A stretch of DNA of 64,000 nt, from the NCBI GenBank assembly GCA_044223005.1, contig JBGAML010000004.1, positions 1 to 64,000 on the forward strand, written 5' to 3'. This document shows positions 17,991-28,066 of this stretch, piece after piece. The notes under the pieces are model-generated. The model searched no databases, had not been told where the DNA came from, and saw nothing but the letters and a program-made list of their open reading frames with translations. The stretch comes from Candidatus Eiseniibacteriota bacterium (lineage in GTDB: Bacteria; Eisenbacteria; RBG-16-71-46). The stretch's first letter is position 1; every line of letters begins with the position of its first letter. Position numbers and translations under genes: made by a program.

Positions 17991-18794
17991 ATGTCGCACG
18001 CGATGCCCCACCGGCCATGGATGACCGTGATGCTCGCGCTCGCACTCTTCGCGAGCGCCGCGACGCCGCGCCCTGCGCGCGCGCAGGATGCCCCGTCGCC
18101 CGCGACCGGCGCCGACTCCGCGCGCGCGATCACGCCCGCGCCCGCCGAGGAGTTCCCGGTCGCGCTCGGCAGCTTCACCACCACGCTCATGGGCTCGCGG
18201 CCCGAGCGCACGGCGAACATCCGGCTCGCGGCCGAGGCGCTGGACGGCGCGGTGATCGCGCCGGGCGAGGTGCTTTCGTTCAACGCGGTCGTGGGCCCGC
18301 GCACGCCGGAGCGCGGCTACCTCATGGCGCCGGTGATCCTGCACGAGACGCGGCAGCTGCAGGCGGGCGGCGGCATCTGCCAGGTGGCCTCGACCATCTT
18401 CACCGCCGGGCTGCTCTCGGGGCTCTCGTGCGCGGAGCGCTGGCGGCATTCCTCGCCGGTGGACTACATCGCGCTCGGCGAGGACGCGACCATCGCGTGG
18501 GGCGCGAAGGACCTCAAGCTCCGCAACGATCTCGACCAGCGAATCCGCCTGCGCGTGCGCGTCACGGGCTCCACGCTGAGCGCGCGCTTCGAGGGCGAAT
18601 CTCCGCTCGGGGCGGCCTACGAACTCGCGACCGACGAGCGTGAGCTGCCGGCGGACGCGTCCGCGGACGGCGGCGCGCCGGGGCGCGAAGTGGAGCTCTA
18701 CCGCGTGCGCCGCGGCGACCGCGGCGGCGAGTCGCGCGAGCTGGTGCATCGCGACGTGTTCCCGCCCTCGCGCGGCCGGAGGCCGCAGCCGTGA
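17991..18794 (+). CDS. Secreted VanW family protein
   Basis: RTANIRLAAEALDGAVIAPGEVLSFNAVVGPRTPERGY…GGGICQVASTIF…HSSPVDY…DATIAWG. The exact start is uncertain. Confidence 0.85.
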   Translation: MSHAMPHRPWMTVMLALALFASAATPRPARAQDAPSPATGADSARAITPAPAEEFPVALGSFTTTLMGSRPERTANIRLAAEALDGAVIAPGEVLSFNAVVGPRTPERGYLMAPVILHETRQLQAGGGICQVASTIFTAGLLSGLSCAERWRHSSPVDYIALGEDATIAWGAKDLKLRNDLDQRIRLRVRVTGSTLSARFEGESPLGAAYELATDERELPADASADGGAPGREVELYRVRRGDRGGESRELVHRDVFPPSRGRRPQP

Positions 18795-19423
18795 ACGCGT
18801 CCTGGCTCGTGCCCGTGCTGCTCGCGGTGATCGGCGCCACGGCGTCGCCGGAGCTCGATCCGTACCGCGCGCTCGCGCGCCATCCCGCCACGTGCGATTC
18901 GCTGCTCTCGGCGGCGCGCGCGGGCCTCGCGCGCGGCGTCGACGCCGGGGACGTCGCGCCCGCCGTCGCGCCGGACTGGCCCGGTTCGCCGCGCCCCGTC
19001 TACGTGACGCTGGCGCGTGGCCGTGCGACGCGCGCGTGCGTCGGCGCGGACGCGCCGATCGGCGGCTCGCTCGCCGGCACGCTCGCTTCGCTCGGCGAGC
19101 AGGTGGTCGCGAACGATCGCCGGCATCCGCCGCTCGCGGACCGCGAGCTGGACAGCCTGCGGCTCGTCGTCGCGTTCGCGGGCGACCCGCACGCCGTGCC
19201 GGACCCGTACGTCGTCGATCCGCTGCGCGAAGGGCTGCGCGTGGAAACCGACCGCGGCGCCGTCGCGTTCCTCCCCGGCGAGGCGCGCACGGTCGCGTGG
19301 GCCCTGCGCGAGGCGCGCCGCATCGGCGTGCTCGCGGGGCCGCTCTCCGAAGCTCGTTTCAGCCGCTTCGCCGTCGTCACCGTGCAGGGGCCCGCGCGCG
19401 CGAAGCTCCCGGCACGGCATTGA
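18791..19423 (+). CDS. AMMECR1-domain protein with N-terminal hydrophobic segment
   Basis: PVYVTL…TRACVG…NDRRHPPL…EL…GLRV…GAVAFLPGE resembles the AMMECR1 fold. GTGA overlap with VanW. Confidence 0.7.
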   Translation: MNASWLVPVLLAVIGATASPELDPYRALARHPATCDSLLSAARAGLARGVDAGDVAPAVAPDWPGSPRPVYVTLARGRATRACVGADAPIGGSLAGTLASLGEQVVANDRRHPPLADRELDSLRLVVAFAGDPHAVPDPYVVDPLREGLRVETDRGAVAFLPGEARTVAWALREARRIGVLAGPLSEARFSRFAVVTVQGPARAKLPARH

Positions 19424-19496
19424 TCGCAATTCGCACATCGTTCGCGTCGGCGTCCCGCCGGCGCCCGTCACAACAGCTCCACGGATGGAGGTCGTC

Positions 19497-22400
19497 GTGA
19501 ACCGCAAGGCCGTCGCTCGCCCGCTCGCGCTCGCCGTCGCGGGCCTGCTGCTTCTCGTCTCGACCGCGCTCGCTGCGGGCACGCGGGTCACCGGTCAGGT
19601 GGTCGATGCCGAGACGCTCAAGCCGATTTCCAACGCCGACGTGGAGCTGCAGAACTCGGGCGGCGGGCCGGGCTACTTCCGCACGCGCTCCGACGCCAAC
19701 GGCGATTTCGCGATCGCCGACGTGGCCACCAACCGCTGGTACCTGTTCACGGTCGGCGCCGACGGCTTCACGGACTTCGCGCTCGAGAGCTGGCAGTTCC
19801 CCTCGGCGCAGCGCGACGTGCGGATCGTGGTGCCGCTCGATCGCGCGGGGCGCATGACCGTCGTGCTCGTGGCCGCGGACGGCAAGACGCCGGTCGCGGG
19901 CGGCAAGGTGTCGCTGCAGAGCGAGCGCACCGCGACGTGGCAGGAGGGCTACCGCCGCAATCCCGAGCCGAAGTGGACCGCGAAGGACGGCACGGTCACG
20001 TTCGACGGCCTCACCGCCGGCGCGTGGACGGTGTCCACCGAGGCCGCGGGTCTGCGCAGCGGCGAGTCGCGCGGCGTGCAGGTGAAGCGTGGTGAGACGA
20101 CGAAACTGCCGCTCACGATGACGCGGCCCGCGAGCCTGATGGGCTCGGTGCGGCTCGCCGACAGCACGGGCGTCGCGGGCGTGAGCGTGATCGCGCGCGG
20201 CCCGGCCGAGGCGATGGCGACCACCGACGCGGGCGGCTTCTACACGCTCGGCGATCTCGAGCCCGGCAAGTGGCGCATCGAGGTCGCGCATGACGGGCTG
20301 GAGCCCGGGGTCGCGCGCGACGGGCTGGTGCTGCGCGAGGGCGAATCGCGCGACGTGCCGGCGCTGCGCGTGACGCCGCGGCCCGCCGCCCTCGCGTTCG
20401 TCATGTCGCGCGAGGTGTTCCCGCCGACGGAGAAGCAGTCGATCGGGCTGCGCTCGTTCCGGCTCGGCGTGGTCGACCTGGTGCTCTGGCGGCTGCCGGA
20501 GGCGCGGCTGCTCGATCCGGCGCGCGACTTCCGCGCCGCGTACGTGCAGGGTGCCGATACGACCGGGCTCGTGCGCGTGGAGTCGTGGCGGCACGAGACG
20601 CCCAACGGGCCGCCGTTCGCGTGGCGCGAGGAGATGATGGCGCTGCCGCACGAGCAGCCGGCCGGCGCTTACGTGCTCGAAGCGCGCGCGGGCAAGCTCG
20701 TCCGGCGCACGCTGTTCTTCGTCAGCGACCTGAGCCTGCTGGTCAAGCGCACGCCGACGCGCACGCTCGTGTGGGCGGGTTCGCTCAAGACCGGCCTGCC
20801 GCTTGCGGGCGTCACGGTGATGACCGCGGGCGGCAGCAAGAGCTCTGCCGCCGACGGCGGACGCGACTGGGCCACCGACATCGCCACGGCGCGTGGCCGT
20901 GGCGCGGTGACGGACGCGGACGGCCTGCTCGAGCTGCCGAACACGGGCGACGCGCGCGTGCTGCGCGTGGTCGGCGCGTCGGACGGCCACGGTGTCGCCG
21001 TCGCCGAGCCGCCACTCGCCGGCGCCGCGCGCGAAGGCGGCGACCGCATATTCCTCTTCACCGAGCGTCCCATCTACCGGCCCGGCCAGCCGATCGATTG
21101 GAAGCTGTTCGCGCGCGCCGCGAACGGCAACGGTTGGAACGTGCCCGCGGCCGGTGACGTGACGCTCTCGCTCACCGGGCCCGATGACGCCAGCATCGAG
21201 GTTCCGGGCGCGACGCTGTCCGCGAGCGGCGCGGCCGACGGCACCGTGACCGTGCCCGCCGACGCACCGCTCGGCGACTGGACGCTGCAGGCGAGTTGGG
21301 GCCAGGCGAGCACGAGCGCGCCGGTGGCGATCGAGCAGTACCGCAAGCCCGAGTACCAGGTGAAGGTGACCCCCGAGCGCGAAGTCGTGGTGAACGGCGA
21401 CGAAGTGCGCTTCCACGTCGCGGCGAACTACTTCTTCGGCGCGCCCGTCGTGGGCGCCACCGTGCGTTACACGCTGTTCGAGTCGCGCATCCGCGGCGAG
21501 TCGCTGTGGGAGGACGAATCGTTCGAGGACGGCGAGGAGTCGGGCGGCTACGGCCGCATGCTCGAATCCGGCGAGACGCGCACCGACGTCGACGGTCGCG
21601 TGTCGGTCGCGTTCACGCCCGCGCGCGTCGCGTACGACCGCAAGCTCTCGCTCGAGGTCGAGGTCGTCGACGGCTCGCAGCGCACGGTGAGCTCACGTGG
21701 CACCGTGGTCGTGGGCCGCGGGCTCTACGTGGTCTCGCTGCGCCCGGTGCGTCCCGTCGTGCTCGCGGGCCAGCCCATGCTCGTGGACGTGATCACGAAG
21801 GACCACCTCGGACGCCCGGTGCAGGCCGCCGTCACGCTCGAGGTCGACCAGGACGTGTGGAACCCGCTCGAACGCCGCATGACGCGCTCCAGCCGGCCGC
21901 TCGTCTCGCTCAAGGGAACGACCAGCGCGCTCCAGGGCACGACGCGGCTCACCGTGTCGCCCTCGGTCGCGCGCGCGGGCAACCTGGTGGTGCGCGCGTT
22001 CAGCGACGACGCGCGCGGCAACCGCATCACCGCGGAAGCCTCCGTCTGGGTCTACGACGACAAGGTGTGGGCGTATCCCTACCGCTATCCGTCGCTCGAG
22101 GCGCTCGTCGACCGCGACACCCTCGCGGTGGGCGACACCGCGCACGTGCTCGTCAACACCGACGTGAAGGACGCGAGCGTGCTGGTGACGGTGGAGGGGA
22201 AGGACCTCCACCAGAAGCAGGTGCTGCACCTGTTCGGCAACAGCGGCATGGTGGCGGTACCGATCCGGGCCGAGTACGCACCCAACGTGTTCGTCGCCGT
22301 GCACGTGCGCCGCGGCAGCGAGGTGCACACGCGCGTGCTCGAACTGGGCGTGCGTGCGGAGCGTCACGACCTGGCGATCTCGCTCACGCCCGACCGCGCG

Positions 22401-24779
22401 CAGTACCGCCCGCGCGAGACGGCGCACTTCCAGCTCGAGACGCGCGACGCCAGCGGCAAGCCCGTGCCGGCGGAAGTCGCGGTCGGCGTCGTGGACGAGG
22501 CGATCTACGCGCTGCGCGCCGACGCGACGCCCGACGCGCACGACATCTTCTACGGTCGCCGCGCCAACTGGGTCGCCACGGTGGTGAGCTTCCCGACGCT
22601 CTACTACGGCGGCGCCGACAAGGGCGATCACGGGGACGTGCGCAAGGACTTCCGCGACGTCGCGCTGTGGGCACCGGTCGTGCGCACGGGCGCCGACGGG
22701 CGCGCCGACGTGCCGGTCACGTTCCCGGACAACCTCACCACGTGGCGCGCGACCGCGCGCGGCATGACCGCCTCCACGCTCGTGGGCGCGACGCGCGCGA
22801 AGGCGCTCGTCACCAAGGACGTCGTCGCGCGCCTCGCGGTGCCGCGGGCGTTCGTCGCGGGTGACGAGGCTTCGCTCGTCTCGGTGGTCACCAACCGCGG
22901 CGTCGCGCCGCTCACCGGCGTCGACGAATCGCTCGAGGCGCAGGGCGCGGCCACCGTCGCGGCGCCCGCGCACGTGACCAGCAGCATGGCCGCGGGCGGT
23001 GAATCGCGGCAGCTGTGGAGCGTCACGGCGTCGCCCACCGCGCCCAAGGACGGCAGCGACGCGCAGGCGGCGTTCACCTTCCGCGCGAAGTCGAAGGGCG
23101 ACTCCGACGCGCTCGAGCAGGTCGTGCCGGTGCGGCCGAAGGCCGTGCCGCTCGTGCTGCACGGCGCGGGCGTGCTGGCCGCGGGCAGCGGCAGCGTGAC
23201 CGTGACGCTGCCGCCCGACCTCGTGCGGGCGGGCAGCAGCGTGACCGTCGAAGTCGCAGGCTCGCCCGCGGCGTCGGCGCTCGCCGCGGCGAACTGGCTC
23301 GGTGGCTATCCGTACGGCTGCACCGAACAGACGTCGAACGCGATCCTTCCGGGCGCGGCGCTGGTCACGGCCTCGCGCGCGGCCAAGGTGGAGCTGCCCG
23401 GCTGGGACGATCCCGGCAAGCGCCTGGGACCCTTCGTCGAGCACCTGCTCGCGCTGCGCGAGGACGACGGCGGCTGGGGCTGGTGGAAGACCGGCGAGTC
23501 CGACGCCTACTTCACATCGCTCGCGGTCGAGGCGCTCGCGCGCGCGGCCGCGGCCGACGTCCAGCGCGACGAGTGCGTCTCGGCGGCGGCGCAGTCGGTC
23601 GAGCCGCTGCAGCGGCTGCTTGCCGGCGTGCGCAGCGTGGACGGCGAGGCGTACTGCGCGGCGCACCTCTCGGCGGCGCTCGACGTGCCGGAGACCGCGG
23701 ACGCGTTCGGCGAGCTGCGCGCGACGGTGGACGCGCTCGCGCGCTCGGCCGCGTCGCAGCGCGACCAGCTCGGGACGTCCGGGCTCGCGTGCGCCGCGCT
23801 CGCGGCGCAGCGGCTCGGGCGCGGAGCGGACGCGAAGGCGCTGCTCGACGCGGCGATGGCGAAGGCGGTGACACGCGGCGACGCGCTGGCGTTCCCGGCG
23901 GCGGACGACGGCGGCTGGTGGAACGACGAATCCGAGACGGCCGGCTATGCGCTCGCGGCGCTCGCGCGCATCGCGCCCGCCGATCCGCGCGGGCCCGCGC
24001 TCGTGCGCGGCCTGCTCGCGCGACGCGCCGGCTCGCACTGGCGCAGCACGCGCGTCACGGGCGTCGCCGCGACGGCGCTCGCGGACTGGCTGCTCGCGCA
24101 CCCGGCCGAGCTGGCCGGCGGCGGCACGGTGAAGGCGTCGTGGAACGGCAAGGCCGCGCTGGCGACGGACCTCGGCCCCGCGGGCCGCGCCGCCGCGCCC
24201 GCGCGCGCCGTGCTGCCGGGAACGCAGCTGCAGCCCGGCGCGAACACGCTCGCGCTCGAACACGCGGGCGGTGGCCCGCTCTGGTGGGCGTGGGAAGCGC
24301 GTGCGCTCGTGCCGAGCCCGGGCCCGGCCACGGACGCGACGCGGCTCGCGGTGCGCCGCGAGTACCGCCACGCGCTGCGCGTCGCCGACCGGCGCGGGCG
24401 GCCGCGCTGGCTCACCACGCCCGTCGACGAGCAGAACCCGATCCGCGTCGGCGAGGTCGTGATGGTGCGCCTCGTGCTGACCGCCCCGAAGGGACTCGAG
24501 CACGTGATGGTCGAGGACCCGAAGCCCGCGGGCTTCGAGATCGAACAGGTGCTGCCGGACGGCGGCGACCGGCCGTGGGACACGTGGGCGGAGGCGCGCG
24601 ACGAGCGCGCGAGCTTCTTCGTCTCGGATCTCGAGGCGGGCGCGACCGTGATCGAGTACCTGATCCGGCCCGAGATCGCGGGCGCGTTCACCGCGCTGCC
24701 GTCCTCGGCCGGCCCGATGTACGACCCCGACGTGCTCGTCCGCGGTTCGGAGGCGCGCCTGCGGGTCGTGGCGCGCTAG
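19497..24779 (+). CDS. Bacterial alpha-2-macroglobulin with N-terminal carboxypeptidase-regulatory-like repeats
   Basis: FTERPIYRPGQ (MG2), VGVVDEAIYAL, VRKDFRDVALW, FPDNLTTWR, thioester motif YPYGCTEQ, GGWGWW, C-terminal MYDP. GGAGG RBS precedes the GTG at 19497. Confidence 0.92.
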   Translation: MNRKAVARPLALAVAGLLLLVSTALAAGTRVTGQVVDAETLKPISNADVELQNSGGGPGYFRTRSDANGDFAIADVATNRWYLFTVGADGFTDFALESWQFPSAQRDVRIVVPLDRAGRMTVVLVAADGKTPVAGGKVSLQSERTATWQEGYRRNPEPKWTAKDGTVTFDGLTAGAWTVSTEAAGLRSGESRGVQVKRGETTKLPLTMTRPASLMGSVRLADSTGVAGVSVIARGPAEAMATTDAGGFYTLGDLEPGKWRIEVAHDGLEPGVARDGLVLREGESRDVPALRVTPRPAALAFVMSREVFPPTEKQSIGLRSFRLGVVDLVLWRLPEARLLDPARDFRAAYVQGADTTGLVRVESWRHETPNGPPFAWREEMMALPHEQPAGAYVLEARAGKLVRRTLFFVSDLSLLVKRTPTRTLVWAGSLKTGLPLAGVTVMTAGGSKSSAADGGRDWATDIATARGRGAVTDADGLLELPNTGDARVLRVVGASDGHGVAVAEPPLAGAAREGGDRIFLFTERPIYRPGQPIDWKLFARAANGNGWNVPAAGDVTLSLTGPDDASIEVPGATLSASGAADGTVTVPADAPLGDWTLQASWGQASTSAPVAIEQYRKPEYQVKVTPEREVVVNGDEVRFHVAANYFFGAPVVGATVRYTLFESRIRGESLWEDESFEDGEESGGYGRMLESGETRTDVDGRVSVAFTPARVAYDRKLSLEVEVVDGSQRTVSSRGTVVVGRGLYVVSLRPVRPVVLAGQPMLVDVITKDHLGRPVQAAVTLEVDQDVWNPLERRMTRSSRPLVSLKGTTSALQGTTRLTVSPSVARAGNLVVRAFSDDARGNRITAEASVWVYDDKVWAYPYRYPSLEALVDRDTLAVGDTAHVLVNTDVKDASVLVTVEGKDLHQKQVLHLFGNSGMVAVPIRAEYAPNVFVAVHVRRGSEVHTRVLELGVRAERHDLAISLTPDRAQYRPRETAHFQLETRDASGKPVPAEVAVGVVDEAIYALRADATPDAHDIFYGRRANWVATVVSFPTLYYGGADKGDHGDVRKDFRDVALWAPVVRTGADGRADVPVTFPDNLTTWRATARGMTASTLVGATRAKALVTKDVVARLAVPRAFVAGDEASLVSVVTNRGVAPLTGVDESLEAQGAATVAAPAHVTSSMAAGGESRQLWSVTASPTAPKDGSDAQAAFTFRAKSKGDSDALEQVVPVRPKAVPLVLHGAGVLAAGSGSVTVTLPPDLVRAGSSVTVEVAGSPAASALAAANWLGGYPYGCTEQTSNAILPGAALVTASRAAKVELPGWDDPGKRLGPFVEHLLALREDDGGWGWWKTGESDAYFTSLAVEALARAAAADVQRDECVSAAAQSVEPLQRLLAGVRSVDGEAYCAAHLSAALDVPETADAFGELRATVDALARSAASQRDQLGTSGLACAALAAQRLGRGADAKALLDAAMAKAVTRGDALAFPAADDGGWWNDESETAGYALAALARIAPADPRGPALVRGLLARRAGSHWRSTRVTGVAATALADWLLAHPAELAGGGTVKASWNGKAALATDLGPAGRAAAPARAVLPGTQLQPGANTLALEHAGGGPLWWAWEARALVPSPGPATDATRLAVRREYRHALRVADRRGRPRWLTTPVDEQNPIRVGEVVMVRLVLTAPKGLEHVMVEDPKPAGFEIEQVLPDGGDRPWDTWAEARDERASFFVSDLEAGATVIEYLIRPEIAGAFTALPSSAGPMYDPDVLVRGSEARLRVVAR

Positions 24780-24834
24780 GATGCGCGGGGCGCCGCGCGG
24801 CGCGGCGCCCCACACCCTCGGAGAGGAGCGCGGC

Positions 24835-25362
24835 ATGCCCCGGATCACCAAGCCCGAGCCCGGCGAGTACGGGCCCTACTACCAGAAGTACATCGACCTC
24901 GTGCCCGGCGACGACGTGCTCGTCGCGCTCGAGGCCCAGGGCCCCGTGACTCAGGCCCTCCTCGCCGCCGCGGGCGAAGCGAAGGCGGGCTTCCGCTACG
25001 CGCCGGAAAAGTGGACCGTGCGCGAGGTCGTGGGCCATCTCGCGGACGCCGAACGCATCTTCGCGTACCGCGCGCTGCGCTTCGGGCGCGGCGACGCGAC
25101 CGACCTGCCCGGCTTCGACGAGAACGCCTACGTGCCCGCGGGGAACTTCGAGCGCCGCACGCTGGCCGACATGGCTGCCGAGTTCGCGGCCGTGCGCGCG
25201 GCCTCGCTGGCGCTCTTTCGCAGCTTCGACGAGGAGGCGCTGCTCCGGCGCGGCACCGCGAACCGCTTCCCGTGCTCGGTGCGGGCACTCGCGATGATCC
25301 TCGTCGGGCACGAGATGCACCACGTGAAGCTGCTGCGCGAGCGTTACGGGCTGACCGGCTGA
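24835..25362 (+). CDS. DinB family protein
   Basis: YAPEKWTVREVVGHLADAERIFAYRALRF…LPGFDENAY…GHEMHH. Confidence 0.88.
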   Translation: MPRITKPEPGEYGPYYQKYIDLVPGDDVLVALEAQGPVTQALLAAAGEAKAGFRYAPEKWTVREVVGHLADAERIFAYRALRFGRGDATDLPGFDENAYVPAGNFERRTLADMAAEFAAVRAASLALFRSFDEEALLRRGTANRFPCSVRALAMILVGHEMHHVKLLRERYGLTG

Positions 25363-25375
25363 ACCGCCCGCGGCG

Positions 25376-27430
25376 TCAGGCGCCGCGCAGCTCCGCGAGC
25401 CCCGCCAGCGACAGTCGCGCGAGTTCGGGCGCGAGCGCCTCGGGCGGTTCGCCCGTGCGCGCCGGCAGGTCCGCGACGCGCGTGTGGCGGAACGCGGCGT
25501 CCAGCACGCGGCAGGCGAGCGGTGACGCCACGAGCACGCGCCGCTCGGGGCCGTGCACGATCAGGTGCTCGCCGTTCCAGCACGTCCACATGACACGTGC
25601 CGGTTCCGCGACCACGCGTGCCCCACGCGGCTCGCCCGCGAGCGCCCGGCGGGCGCCGGCGAGCGCCACGTCGACCTGTTCGCGCGTCGCCGTGGGGGCC
25701 GCGCCCGTCGCGCGCCAGTGCGCGAGCGGCCACACCCAGCCGTCCCATTGCTCCGGCACGCGCGCCACGCGCTGCTCGAACCACGCGTACATCTGCGCGG
25801 TGCGTTCCACCGCGGCCGCGTCGCCGTCGCCGTCCGGGGCCGGCAGCGGGTCCGAGAACTCGATCACGCGCCGGGCCACGCCCGCGTAGCGCGTGGAGGC
25901 GAGCAGCAGTGGGGCTCCGGCCTTGCGCGCGAGCAGTACCGGGCCGAGGCGGAACGAGAGTTCGTTGCCGAGGAAACGGAAGTCGGCGCGGTTCTGGTCG
26001 CGCGAAGCCGCTGCCTGGCCGTCCATGAGCACGTAGAGGAAGAAGCCCTCGCGCACGAGCCGGATCGCGCGCACGGCGTCGCGCACGGAGGCGGGCGAGA
26101 GGATCTCGAGCCGCGCGCCCAGTCGCCGGGCTCCGGCGGACCACGCGGCGGCGAAGGCCTTCTGCTGGTTGCCCGCGGCGTACGCCGCGACCGGCGCGCC
26201 CAGCTGCGCGAGCGCCGAGGGCACGTACTGGTACGGCCCGACGTGCATGCCGCAGACGATCGCGCCGCGGCCCTCGGCGAGCAGTCGCCGCACCGCCCGC
26301 ACGTGCCGCACCTCGTCGGCGCGCTCGGCGCGGACGAGGTCCGCGTGATCGAGACGCGCGACCGCCGCGCTTTCGACATGCGCTCGCGCGAACGCGCGCA
26401 GGCGGCCCGGGGCCCAGTCCGGGAACGACGCCGAGACGAACACGGGCAGAAGCGCCTGCACGTCGGCGAGCGGGCCGCTCCGGCGCGCCCACTGGAGCCG
26501 CGCGGCGATCCTCACGCCGGCGCGCGCGAGCCAGCGCGCGGGCGGCACGCGGCGGTGGAGCGTGTCGGCCGGATCGCGGCCCGCGAGATCGTCGGCGAGC
26601 CAGCGGCCGTCGGTGCCCGCGCGGGGCACCAGCTCGACCAGCGCCGAGAGCACGAGCAGCGCGAGCGCCGGCGCGGGCGGGATGCGCCCCGCGCCGAACG
26701 CCGCCGCGGCGATCCCGCCCGCCAGCACGAGCTGCGCGGCGACGCCAGCCGCGTCCACGCCGACGCGGCCCCGGGGCGTCAGTGCGTCGAGCCCCGCGAG
26801 CTCGGTCGCGACGCGCAGGCCGCGCCGGCCGCGGACGATCGCGATCGCGCCCGGCGTCCCGCCCGCACGCGTGATCGCGATCGCATGCGCGAGCTCGTGC
26901 AGCAGGATGCCCGCCACGGCCAGCGGCAGCGCGGCCGCCCACGCCCACGGAACACGCCACGCCGCCGCGCCTGCCGCCGCGATGCGCGCGCCGGCCACGC
27001 CGAGCACCGCGAGGGCCGCGACCAGGAGCGGCAGCGCCACCGCCGGCGCGGCGAGGAACGCGAGCGGCCGCGCGAGCGCGCGCACCGCACCGGCCGGGAG
27101 CAGTTCGTTCCGCTGCGCGCGCACGAGCGACGGCGAGGGCGTGCCCGCGGTGGCGAGCGCCGCGAGTCCGTGCGCCACCAGCGTGCGCTCGATCACGCTC
27201 GCCGCGTCGGCCGGCGTCACCTCGCGGCCGAGCCGCTCGCCGAGTTCCGCGGCCAGCGCCGCCACGGTGTGCTCGCCGTCGAGGCGCTCCAGCAGCCAAC
27301 GCGCATCCGGGGTGATCCGCAGCCGCCGCGTACGCGCCACGACGATCTCCGCGCCACCGTCGGGCAGGGGCACGAGCTCCAGCGCGGGAGCGCGGACGAC
27401 GGTGAGGGCATCGCGGCCGGGGACGGACAT
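25376..27430 (-). CDS. Putative RiPP maturase: PqqD/RRE-like, M50-like peptidase, LPLAT/lipid A acyltransferase-like and C-terminal RRE-like domains fused
   Basis: N-terminal WLLERLDGEHTVAALAAELGER (PqqD-like); TM region with HELAH and PRAGTDG; RGAIVCGMHVGPY…YVLMDG…FLG…GPVLLARKAGAPLL…PEQWDGW (LpxL-like); C-terminal winged-helix-like region ending LARLSLAGLA. Confidence 0.75.
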   Translation of the reverse strand: MSVPGRDALTVVRAPALELVPLPDGGAEIVVARTRRLRITPDARWLLERLDGEHTVAALAAELGERLGREVTPADAASVIERTLVAHGLAALATAGTPSPSLVRAQRNELLPAGAVRALARPLAFLAAPAVALPLLVAALAVLGVAGARIAAAGAAAWRVPWAWAAALPLAVAGILLHELAHAIAITRAGGTPGAIAIVRGRRGLRVATELAGLDALTPRGRVGVDAAGVAAQLVLAGGIAAAAFGAGRIPPAPALALLVLSALVELVPRAGTDGRWLADDLAGRDPADTLHRRVPPARWLARAGVRIAARLQWARRSGPLADVQALLPVFVSASFPDWAPGRLRAFARAHVESAAVARLDHADLVRAERADEVRHVRAVRRLLAEGRGAIVCGMHVGPYQYVPSALAQLGAPVAAYAAGNQQKAFAAAWSAGARRLGARLEILSPASVRDAVRAIRLVREGFFLYVLMDGQAAASRDQNRADFRFLGNELSFRLGPVLLARKAGAPLLLASTRYAGVARRVIEFSDPLPAPDGDGDAAAVERTAQMYAWFEQRVARVPEQWDGWVWPLAHWRATGAAPTATREQVDVALAGARRALAGEPRGARVVAEPARVMWTCWNGEHLIVHGPERRVLVASPLACRVLDAAFRHTRVADLPARTGEPPEALAPELARLSLAGLAELRGA

Positions 27431-27436
27431 GCGGGG

Positions 27437-27442
27437 AGCCTA
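27437..27442 (-). promoter_or_regulatory. -10 hexamer for a probable leaderless maturase transcript
   Basis: TAGGCT lies 6 nt upstream of the ATG at 27430; no Shine-Dalgarno sequence. Confidence 0.4.
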
Positions 27443-27470
27443 AGCGAGCGGTCCCGGGCCGCCAATGCGA

Positions 27471-27498
27471 ACGGCCGGCCCGGGGATGGGCCGGCCGT
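27471..27498 (-). terminator. Stem-loop after precursor peptide gene C
   Basis: Perfect 11-bp stem ACGGCCGGCCC/GGGCCGGCCGT, 17 nt past the stop codon, with a weak U-tail. Confidence 0.55.
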
Positions 27499-27515
27499 CG
27501 GGTGACCGGGAATGC

Positions 27516-27638
27516 TCAGCTCTCGTACGGGCCGCAGTAGCTGCTGGCGGTCGCGAGATCCGTGTGCTGCGCGCGGGCCTCGACTTCCGACACTTCGAGA
27601 GCGCGGAACAGCTCGACTCGTTCCTCGTGGCGGCTCAT
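27516..27638 (-). CDS. Putative RiPP precursor peptide C, 40 aa: MSRHEERVELFRALEVSEVEARAQHTDLATASSYCGPYES
   Basis: GGAGGTG RBS; paralogous to the two upstream peptides. Confidence 0.82.
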   Translation of the reverse strand: MSRHEERVELFRALEVSEVEARAQHTDLATASSYCGPYES

Positions 27639-27758
27639 GCAATCACCTCCGTGGGGTGGAATCGGCCTCCCGGTCCGCGGCTCGCGGCGGGCGCCGCGGG
27701 GAGCAGTACCGGCTGGCCGGGCGGCACGCAAGCCCGATCGTGCGGCGCCGGGCCGCCG

Positions 27759-27797
27759 AAAACACGACCGGCCGCTCCGATCGAACAGAGCGGCCGG
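27759..27797 (-). terminator. Stem-loop or terminator after precursor peptide gene B
   Basis: Perfect 10-bp stem CCGGCCGCTC/GAGCGGCCGG (27768-27797) followed on the minus strand by TCGTGTTTT. Confidence 0.6.
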
Positions 27798-27813
27798 GGA
27801 AATGGCTGCCGGA

Positions 27814-27933
27814 TCAGAGGTAGTAGCAGCTGCTCCCGATCTCGGTACCGAGCGTCGTGTTCTGGGCACGAGTCTCGACGTCCTTCACTTCCAGCGCGCG
27901 GAACAGCTCGACCTTCTCGTCCTGGCGGATCAT
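27814..27933 (-). CDS. Putative RiPP precursor peptide B, 39 aa: MIRQDEKVELFRALEVKDVETRAQNTTLGTEIGSSCYYL
   Basis: AGGAGGT RBS; conserved leader motif. Confidence 0.82.
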   Translation of the reverse strand: MIRQDEKVELFRALEVKDVETRAQNTTLGTEIGSSCYYL

Positions 27934-28066
27934 TCGTGCAACCTCCTGTGGGGGAGTCGTGCTCCGGGCCCTGGCACCTGCCAGGCGGTCGGCGCACGCA
28001 CGGGTACGGCCATCGCCGCGACGGTTATCGGCCACGCGGTCGGGAGACTGGAGCGTGTCCGCCGGG

